A program made the translations under genes and the position numbers. 32,000 nucleotides of DNA from positions 1,260,001 to 1,292,000 of the forward strand of contig NZ_CP017260.1 in NCBI RefSeq assembly GCF_001735745.1, given 5' to 3'. The stretch comes from Formosa sp. Hel1_33_131. GTDB lineage: Bacteria; Bacteroidota; Bacteroidia; Flavobacteriales; Flavobacteriaceae. Positions 26,196-32,000 of the stretch are shown here, piece by piece; positions within the stretch are counted from its first letter, which is position 1, and every line of letters begins with the position of its first letter. Below the pieces are notes generated by a model, which saw only the letters and a program-made list of their open reading frames with translations, had not been told where the DNA came from and did no database searches.

Positions 26196-26735
26196 ATGAA
26201 AAAAATCGACCCATTTAAAATACTTGGTACTGCTGTGAATAGTAAAAAGCAACAGCCACTAGAAGAAATTGTAATTATTGCAAGCCCTCAAACATTAAGA
26301 GAAATCGCCGTATTTCTGATTAATGCTGCTTATGAGATGGAGGTCAATGACTTTGATCATATGCATCTTCAGGATTCAATAGCTAATTTTTCATCGAAGA
26401 AGCATGCTGATATTATTGCTCACATAGATTACGATACGTCAAATCCAAAAAAATCTCTTGAGAAAAAAACTAATGAAAAATAAACAAAACAACTCATTAC
26501 ACATATTCGAGAGTCTTTATATAACCTAGGTTGGCTTATTAAAATAAATTTAGAAGATACTCAGTACAAAAATATTAAAATAAAAATTTTTGAAAGAGGT
26601 AACATAGATAATAAAGATGACTGGATTCATTGTAAGATTGAAAATAAAATATTCGAAGGTGCTTGTGGACCATTAAACCTAATCGAACTAATTCAATGTT
26701 TTAAGAATATAATAGAAGAACAAAAACTTGGTTAA
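26196..26735 (+). pseudogene. hypothetical gene split by a single in-frame TAA (95 codons, stop, then 83 open codons)
   Basis: ORF 26196-26483 ends in TAA (26481-26483). The same frame then stays open for 83 codons (TKQLITHIRESLYNLGWLIKINLEDTQYKNIKIKIFERGNIDNKDDWIHCKIENKIFEGACGPLNLIELIQCFKNIIEEQKLG) to the TAA at 26733-26735. No ATG/GTG/TTG occurs in that stretch. Confidence 0.55.
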
Positions 26736-26906
26736 AAAATTCATATTAACTAACGTAAGATTATTGCTATATTTAGTAGGTAGTCCAGCTTGTTTTGGTT
26801 TGTATCCTTGGGATGAATTTTATGATTCAAACTATTTTGATATGCTGCTTGTATCACTCAACAAAAAAATTTATGGAATAACTTATAAATAATAATTTTA
26901 ACATCT

Positions 26907-27395
26907 ATGAAACTAAGTGAATTACATTCTAAAATGAATGGCGGAAAACGAAGATTAAAACCCAAAAAAGGAGATATATTTTTCATTAACATTGATGGTG
27001 TTGGGCACATACCAGGGATGGTAGCCAAGGATGACATGAAATATGGCAGCACTCCATGTTTCTTGATATACATATATAATATTGTATTGAATCACAAGAA
27101 TGAGAAGTTTGAGATCAACAAAGGCGATTTGTTGATGCCTCCCTGCATGGTGCTAAGAAATAACTGGGAGCCAACTATTGGGTTTGAGCATCAATTTACT
27201 CTTGAAACTGATAAGATTGATGTTTTCCTCAACCACTGCTTTGGTGACGACGTACAGCCTGGAATTTATTTTGACGAATTTCAGAATCGATGCGAATATT
27301 TCGAACCATTCGCAGATAATTCGCTAGTTAACGTTACTGTGATTGCCTGGAAAATCATGAAAATAGTCAATGGAATAGAGGTTGAGAGGGATTGA
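26907..27395 (+). CDS. hypothetical protein, possible immunity protein (K-x-GDIF N-terminus)
   Basis: 162-aa ORF on the array strand. The N-terminal LKPKKGDIFFINIDGVGHIPGMV is shared with ORF 24992. Confidence 0.7.
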   Translation: MKLSELHSKMNGGKRRLKPKKGDIFFINIDGVGHIPGMVAKDDMKYGSTPCFLIYIYNIVLNHKNEKFEINKGDLLMPPCMVLRNNWEPTIGFEHQFTLETDKIDVFLNHCFGDDVQPGIYFDEFQNRCEYFEPFADNSLVNVTVIAWKIMKIVNGIEVERD

Positions 27396-27432
27396 ATTTT
27401 TTAAATAGAGGGTTATTTATCTTTCATTAAGA

Positions 27433-27630
27433 TTGAAAGGTTTGTACCAAGAAATAGGGTTACAGACAAAATCAAAATATTTTAGTAAATCAAAGTCTAA
27501 TTTTGCAGATTTAGCGGATTTCAAATTCGAGAAAATGACTACGGATTATTTAGATATTTACCATAAGATTAACGAGTCGGATATGAAAAGTATTTTGAAT
27601 TTTGCGATTTATTTATATCACATGAGATGA
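27433..27630 (+). CDS. small hypothetical ORF (TTG start), doubtful
   Basis: 65 aa, lysine-rich, with a non-ATG start. Its TGA stop lies 5 nt before the TAAC of the short site at 27636. Confidence 0.3.
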   Translation: MKGLYQEIGLQTKSKYFSKSKSNFADLADFKFEKMTTDYLDIYHKINESDMKSILNFAIYLYHMR

Positions 27631-27635
27631 AGGAA

Positions 27636-27652
27636 TAACGGCGCACAACACC
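27636..27652 (+). repeat. left part of a short TAACGG...CCGTTA site interrupted by the IS
   Basis: TAACGGCGCACAACACC. The partner half is at 29371-29424, and the 10-bp GCACAACACC is repeated on both sides of the IS. Confidence 0.45.
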
Positions 27653-27657
27653 GGTAA

Positions 27658-29370
27658 CCGTTGCACAAGCCCTCTAAAAAAGTAAAAAACCTTCCTTTTT
27701 AAGCCGATTTACAGGATGTATTATTAAAAAATGAGTGTGCTATTTTGTTTTTTTGAGGGGCTTACACAAGACCAAAACACCTTTATAAAGAGGGTTATTT
27801 CTAAAAAAACAACCCCAAGTGATTTCGCCTCACTTCTTGCCAGTTTCTGAGTGAATTTTAGATACTTTTTCAGGTTGTAAGCCATCGCAGATAAGTGCAT
27901 GACTTTGTTGGCTTGTTGTATGCCAAGGGTGTTGATCTTTCTCAGGCCCATAAACTGAGTGAGTGTTCCAAAAACAGGTTCTACGGTGCTTTGACGTTTG
28001 CGTTTCATAAAGCGTCCTTGTTTGCTGTGCACTCGGGCATTGTTTCGCTCATATTCCTCTCGGTAATAGGTCACTGAAAACTTCTTTTCTTTGGCTGTTT
28101 TCCCCAAGCATTGGAGTGCTATTGGACAGCCTTTGCATTGTTTGGTCGAACCGCGGTATTCTTTCTTTCTCGTGTGGGTTCTATAATCGTTAAATACTTT
28201 TTTGAAGGGAATCACTTCCCCTTGTGGACATACGTAATGATCCTCTTTTTTATGGTAAACAAATCCCTCGGGACCACCTTTGTAGGTGCCATGCGGAGGA
28301 ATGAAACTTTGTTTGTTGACGCCTTCTAAAAAGGCATAGTTCTCGCCACTGCTATATCCTGTGTCGGCGACACAGTTTTGCCATAGTAATCCTTGTTTCC
28401 ATAAACGCTTGTCTAATCGTTTTACGATATCTTGCAAGTATTGATTGTCTTTCTTATCGGCATGGTAGGCTTGGATGTCGGTGATGACATGATGGGCGGT
28501 GTCCACACTAAGTTGACTCATATAATTGAGCTTTCTGGCTTTGCCTGGTTTTACACTGATTCGGGCATCGGGGTCGGTGGGACTGTAATGGGTCTTATTA
28601 CTGGTGTATTTACTGCCTTTGTTCCCTGCACCGGGTCGCTGGTCTTGGTCGTTTGACCATTTCTTGTTGCGACTCTTTATTGCGCCTAGTTCTTGCTTAT
28701 TGGCACTAAGGGTTTGTTGGGTTTTAGGGGCTTTATTGTCTTTGGCTTGACGATGGGGCTTATCCATTCGGCTGATATGACGGAGCTGATGCAAGTGTGT
28801 TTCTAAGTCTTCTTTGGGAACTTTGAGCTCTAAACTGTCCATGGATGCATTGGCTTTTACTGGGGCTGAGTCGATGGTTTGGGTGTGACCGCTGACCATG
28901 CCTTTGGAAATACATAATTCTAACACTTTGGTAAAGGCCTCTTAAAACAGGCTTTCGGGAAACAACTGACGTGTACGACTGATCGTTGAATGCCATGGAA
29001 GTTCATCATCGATGTCATAGCCGAGGAAATACAAAATATCCATACGCATACTGCAATGGGATATCAATTTGCGATCGCTAATGATGTTTTCTAAATATCC
29101 GACCAAACACAGTTTGAAAAAAACTACGGGATCTACGCTTTTTTGTCCACTTGTCCCATAATAAGAACGCGTCAAGCGATACAAATATTCTAATTCTAAA
29201 ACGTTTCCTAACTGGCGATAAAAATTATCTTTTGGTATCCGTTCGCTCAAACTAAAGCAAGCAAACAGCTTTTCTTGGTAGGTCTTTTTTCCTTGCATCC
29301 ATAAATTTAAGAATTTTTATGAAAATTTAAAACTTATTTTGTAGTTTTATCATAAATAGTTGTGCAACAG
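27658..29370 (-). mobile_element. insertion sequence, IS1182/IS5-like, about 1.7 kb
   Basis: Terminal inverted repeats are CCGTTGCACAA (27658-27668) and TTGTGCAACAG (29360-29370; reverse complement CTGTTGCACAA). They enclose a DDE transposase gene. A direct repeat GCACAACACC lies just outside, at 27643-27652 and 29371-29380. Exact ends are uncertain by a few nt. Confidence 0.75.
27724..29298 (-). pseudogene. IS1182/IS5-family DDE transposase interrupted by one in-frame TAA
   Basis: ORFs 28942-29298 (InsH/DUF772-like N-terminus, ...HSTISRTRQLFPESLF) and 27724-28926 are in the same frame, separated only by the TAA at 28939-28941 (...ESLF*EAFTKVLELCISKG...). The C-terminus VEPVFGTLTQFMGLRKINTLG...AMAYNLKKYLKF is typical of this transposase group. 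Confidence 0.8.
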
Positions 29371-29424
29371 GCACAACACCTATACGCAATGCCCTTCGGG
29401 ACACTGCGCATAGCCAAACCGTTA
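29371..29424 (+). repeat. right part of the short TAACGG...CCGTTA site
   Basis: GCACAACACCTATACGCAATGCCCTTCGGGACACTGCGCATAGCCAAACCGTTA. The terminal CCGTTAT is the inverted complement of ATAACGG at 27635-27641. The trailing GTTATGCTCAATT resembles GTTATACCCAATT at 23666-23678. Confidence 0.45.
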
Positions 29425-29435
29425 TGCTCAATTAA

Positions 29436-29762
29436 ATGCAAAGACCAATAAAAAATATATGGATTGAGAGTGAAGACAAAGGAGCAATTATTGGCGGAAC
29501 TGAGGAAATAAATGACAATTCTGATGTAATTGTGACTTTTGATGATAAAAGTAAATATGTTGCTACATTCTTTACCTACGATAATATCGAGTATCTAAGA
29601 CAGAAGAATAGACAAACTGGTGAATGTCTAGATGGACGATTTTTCTGGGCTTCTGATATGATAATTATTGAAAGAATTAATAGAAAGGAAGTTGTAGAAA
29701 TTATTGAACACCTTATCAAAGAAAAAGAGTTTGAATCTATTTTTGACCAAATCACTGAATAA
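29436..29762 (+). CDS. hypothetical protein (108 aa)
   Basis: ORF begins 12 nt after the short site. No family recognised. It lies 3 nt upstream of the zinc-ribbon ORF. Confidence 0.65.
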   Translation: MQRPIKNIWIESEDKGAIIGGTEEINDNSDVIVTFDDKSKYVATFFTYDNIEYLRQKNRQTGECLDGRFFWASDMIIIERINRKEVVEIIEHLIKEKEFESIFDQITE

Positions 29763-29765
29763 TAA

Positions 29766-30002
29766 ATGGCTACTCAAATCTGTCCTAACTGCAAAAAAGA
29801 TTCATTTACTTGGAGCATAGATGAAGAAGAATCTCCTTTAACATACTGGGGATGCTACGAATGTAAATATGGAGCATACGAAGACGAATCTAAAGAAAGA
29901 ATCTGTAGTAATTGTGAAAAGAAAACAGAAAGTAGATTGAAAGATGAAGAGAAAGAATATTGGTGGTGTTCCAGCTGTAACTCTATATCAGAAATCAACT
30001 AA
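29766..30002 (+). CDS. small double zinc-ribbon protein
   Basis: 78 aa with four CxxC pairs (CPNCKK, CYECKY, CSNCEK, CSSCNS) in ribbon-like spacing. Confidence 0.65.
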   Translation: MATQICPNCKKDSFTWSIDEEESPLTYWGCYECKYGAYEDESKERICSNCEKKTESRLKDEEKEYWWCSSCNSISEIN

Positions 30003-30203
30003 CTTTTTCAAAGGAACTTCCAAAGCTTTAGCGATTTCCAAAAGTGAATAGATTGTTGGGTTGACTTTTCCATTCTCCAACTTTTCTAATGCCTGTCTAT
30101 CTTTATTGCAAGCACGAGCCAAATCTGACTGACTCCAGCCCTTCTGACTTCTTAACTCAATAATACGCTGACCGACTTTCTTTTTAAGTTGTTCTTTATC
30201 CAC
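29988..30203 (-). CDS. XRE-family helix-turn-helix transcriptional regulator (antitoxin/repressor candidate)
   Basis: HTH core IIELRSQKGWSQSDLARACNKDRQALEKLENGKVNPTIYSLLEIAKAL. The ORF track uses TTG 30245, but that extension would be encoded by the operator-like repeats. I prefer GTG 30203 (MDKEQLKKKVGQR...), though the start is uncertain. Confidence 0.8.
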   Translation of the reverse strand: MDKEQLKKKVGQRIIELRSQKGWSQSDLARACNKDRQALEKLENGKVNPTIYSLLEIAKALEVPLKKLVDF

Positions 30204-30210
30204 AAAACAA

Positions 30211-30299
30211 ATGTCATCTAATAATATGACATTTTTGTCATACAAAAGTTTGACAACTCAATTTGAATTACTATGTTTGTCATATAAATAGTTGACAAT
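30211..30299. promoter_or_regulatory. operator-like repeats between the divergent XRE and SymE-like genes
   Basis: Palindrome ATGTCAT-N8-ATGACAT (30211-30232), plus two about 24-nt direct repeats: TTTGTCATACAAAAGTTTGACAAC (30234-30257) and TTTGTCATATAAATAGTTGACAAT (30276-30299). Confidence 0.55.
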
Positions 30300-30499
30300 T
30301 GAGTAAATTCAGGATTTTAAAAATATACAGTAAGTTCCGTTATCGAACGTGGGACAATACAACTGTACCTGAAATAAGACTTGAAGGAAGATGGCTTGAG
30401 AAACTCGGATTTGAGCAAGGAAATGAAGTGTTAATTGAACAGAAAAAGAATAAGTTGATAATAACTGTGAAGAAAGAAAAAGAGCATAACACTGTATAA
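30299..30499 (+). CDS. SymE-like / AbrB-fold toxin-family protein
   Basis: 66 aa (TTG start). ...VPEIRLEGRWLEKLGFEQGNEVLIEQKKNKLIITV matches the SymE/SpoVT-AbrB pattern (IRL-G-WL---GF--G--V-----------L-I). Its stop lies inside the left end of repeat element 30487-30675. Confidence 0.7.
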   Translation: MSKFRILKIYSKFRYRTWDNTTVPEIRLEGRWLEKLGFEQGNEVLIEQKKNKLIITVKKEKEHNTV

Positions 30500-30675
30500 A
30501 AAAACATAGGGCATTTCTGCAAACCCGAAAGGTCAGTGAATAATACTAAGTCCGCCAAATATAAAATTTGACGTTTAAGACAAAAAAGATAAAAGCAAAA
30601 TATTATATTTGGCTAAGTACCAATTCGTAACGAAAGTGCTTTTAACCGCCCTACGTTTCTTATACGTAGACGTTG
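30487..30675 (+). repeat. 189-bp element with imperfect terminal inverted repeats (attC-like candidate), copy 2
   Basis: Left end is TAACACTGTATAAAAAAACATAGGGC (30487-30512) and right end is GCCCTACGTTTCTTATACGTAGACGTTG (30648-30675). Same orientation and length class as 23482-23669. Confidence 0.75.
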
Positions 30676-30724
30676 AAAAACAGCTAGTTTATAAATATAA
30701 ATTCTGCTATTATTTTTATTTTTT

Positions 30725-30767
30725 AGTAAACGTTTTTGTTTACTAATTAAATATTTTATATGTTTAC
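30725..30767 (+). promoter_or_regulatory. operator-like inverted repeat upstream of the HTH/nucleotidyltransferase pair
   Basis: AGTAAAC (30725-30731), 6 nt, GTTTACT (30738-30744), plus a third half-site GTTTAC at 30762-30767, 17 nt before the ATG. Confidence 0.4.
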
Positions 30768-30783
30768 ATGAAACAGCGGAATC

Positions 30784-31293
30784 ATGTTACCAAGATTAAA
30801 TAAAATTAAAGGAATACACCCAGGCACACTGTTAAGGTGGGAATTAAATAACCGAAATCTAAAAGGCAGTGAATTAGCGGATGCGATTGGCGAGCATAAA
30901 CAAACCATAAGTGCTATTCTTAATAAAAGGAGGGCCATAAACCCAAGTCTTTCTATTAAGTTATCAAAAGAGTTTAAAACAGACAACGATTACTTCATGT
31001 TATTACAAGCAAGTTATGACGTAAAATTAGTAGCGGAATCTGAAATAAAAAACACACCAAATCTCAATAATATAAGGAAAGTGCTTTTTTGGGATACTAA
31101 TTTTAATAACATTGATTGGAACAAAAATAAAAAAGCCGTCATACAGAGAATTTTAGAAAGAGGGAATAAAACTGAAATAAATGAACTCATTTTATTCTAT
31201 GGAAGAAAAACGATTTCCAAGGAAATTAAATCAATAAAGAAAAGCCACTTACCTTCTTTTGAGAAGAATATTATAGAGCATAATTTGAAATAA
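30784..31293 (+). CDS. HigA/VapI-like XRE HTH protein with a C-terminal extension (antitoxin candidate)
   Basis: 169 aa. The N-terminus IHPGTLLRWELNNRNLKGSELADAIGEHKQTISAILNKRRAINPSLSIKLSKEF is HigA-type. It is followed by about 80 extra residues (FWDTNFNNIDWNKNKKAVIQRILERGN...). It ends 4 nt before the next gene. Confidence 0.8.
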   Translation: MLPRLNKIKGIHPGTLLRWELNNRNLKGSELADAIGEHKQTISAILNKRRAINPSLSIKLSKEFKTDNDYFMLLQASYDVKLVAESEIKNTPNLNNIRKVLFWDTNFNNIDWNKNKKAVIQRILERGNKTEINELILFYGRKTISKEIKSIKKSHLPSFEKNIIEHNLK

Positions 31294-31297
31294 CAAA

Positions 31298-31945
31298 ATG
31301 GAGTTATTCTTAAATACTGTTTCCGATTTGCTTTGGAATTCTCTAAAACAATTAATGTCAATGGAGGTCTTTAATAGTTTTAGAATTGTTGGAGGCACCT
31401 CATTAAGTCTTCAACTAGGTCATAGAGAGTCCGTTGACATCGATTTATTTACAGATGCTGATTATGATAGTATCGCGTTTTCTTTACTTGAAACTAAATT
31501 GACTAAAACCTTTCCTTATGTAGATATATCACCCGTTGATTTGGTAGGAATGGGCAAGTCGTATTTTATTGGCAACAATGAAAATGAATGTGTAAAATTA
31601 GATTTATTTTACACAGATCCTTTTGTTTTCCCTTGTATTCTGGAACAAGGAGTTAGGTTTGCAAGTATTGAAGAAGTTGCGGCAATGAAATTTGAAGTAA
31701 TTGCTAATGGTGGCAGGAAAAAAGATTTTTGGGATGTCCACGAACTATTAGAAACTTACACGTTAGATGAAATGATAGACTTTTATCTCAAAAGAAGTCC
31801 ATATGGTTATTCAAAAGATGAATTACTCCTGAAAGTCGTTGATTTTTCTGATGCAGAAGACGATTTTACACCAAACTGCCTTAGAGGAAAAGTCTGGGAA
31901 TTAATTAAGTTAGATTTTGAAGTTAAAACCGATAAAATTATATGA
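31298..31945 (+). CDS. AbiEii/AbiGii-family nucleotidyltransferase (toxin candidate)
   Basis: 215 aa. FRIVGGTSLSLQLGHRESVDIDLFTD matches the GGTAL...HR-S-D-DLF nucleotidyltransferase motif of the AbiEii/DUF1814 family. Confidence 0.8.
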   Translation: MELFLNTVSDLLWNSLKQLMSMEVFNSFRIVGGTSLSLQLGHRESVDIDLFTDADYDSIAFSLLETKLTKTFPYVDISPVDLVGMGKSYFIGNNENECVKLDLFYTDPFVFPCILEQGVRFASIEEVAAMKFEVIANGGRKKDFWDVHELLETYTLDEMIDFYLKRSPYGYSKDELLLKVVDFSDAEDDFTPNCLRGKVWELIKLDFEVKTDKII

Positions 31946-32000
31946 ATCAAAGTCAATAAATTAGAGATTTGGTGGAACCAAAACACTCCTAACTATACTT

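Noticed and set aside
26481-28941. Idea that TAA is reassigned or read through globally, because two in-frame TAAs occur in the island
   Set aside because: TAA is the normal terminator of the housekeeping genes here (e.g. ilvC, ilvN, ilvB, gltD). The two cases are better explained as nonsense mutations in dispensable cargo.
27895-28996. ORFs 27895-28077, 28111-28329 and 28432-28656 (+), and 28760-28996 (-), inside the IS
   Set aside because: They are antisense or out of frame relative to the well-supported transposase reading frame.
30234-30299. Possible CRISPR-like repeat
   Set aside because: There are only two imperfect 24-nt repeats with an 18-nt spacer, lying in a divergent promoter region. 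They are operator-like, not an array.
21665-30675. Calling this a classical integron (IntI plus attC)
   Set aside because: I cannot confirm the IntI-specific insertion in the recombinase by eye. The sites do not match the RYYYAAC/GTTRRRY attC consensus. One unit (23670-27635) holds about 7-8 ORFs, which is atypical for an integron cassette. I therefore describe it only as integron-like.
22863-30986. Minus-strand ORFs 22863-23087, 25274-25516, 26858-27073, 30340-30558 and 30756-30986
   Set aside because: Each overlaps a longer plus-strand ORF or an intergenic repeat and has Phe/Ser/Leu/Ile-rich composition typical of AT-rich antisense frames.

Overview
Low-GC window that looks like a Bacteroidota (Flavobacteriia-like) chromosome, in two parts. 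(1) Positions 1 to about 21.6 kb are core metabolism. They hold a minus-strand ilvD-ilvB-ilvN-ilvC-ilvA operon (ilvA runs off the left edge and is missing from the ORF track) and minus-strand gltB-gltD. A divergent plus-strand nitrogen-uptake block follows, with two ammonium-transporter modules (porin-amt and glnK-amtB), then ppc, a CYTH protein and an ALDH7-type aldehyde dehydrogenase. Both amt modules carry the same 20-bp C-run/AT-core/G-run box exactly 15 nt upstream of a Bacteroidota-type -7 box (TAnnTTTG). (2) From 21.66 kb to the right edge lies a visibly AT-richer accessory island. An intact tyrosine recombinase is followed by a same-strand array of small orphan ORFs (DUF4240-like, immunity-like, zinc-ribbon). 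The island also holds two toxin-antitoxin-like pairs (XRE/SymE-like; HigA-like HTH/AbiEii-like nucleotidyltransferase) and an IS1182/IS5-like element whose transposase has an in-frame TAA. A family of inverted-repeat-bounded TAAC...GTTA sites sits at ORF 3' ends the way integron attC sites do: two 188/189-bp copies, one short copy interrupted by the IS, and one minimal copy abutting the recombinase stop codon. I read the island as an integron-like, recombinase-associated orphan immunity/defence gene array. All family names come from reading the translations and motifs by eye; no database search, HMM scan or folding was possible. I saw no tRNA, rRNA or CRISPR array.
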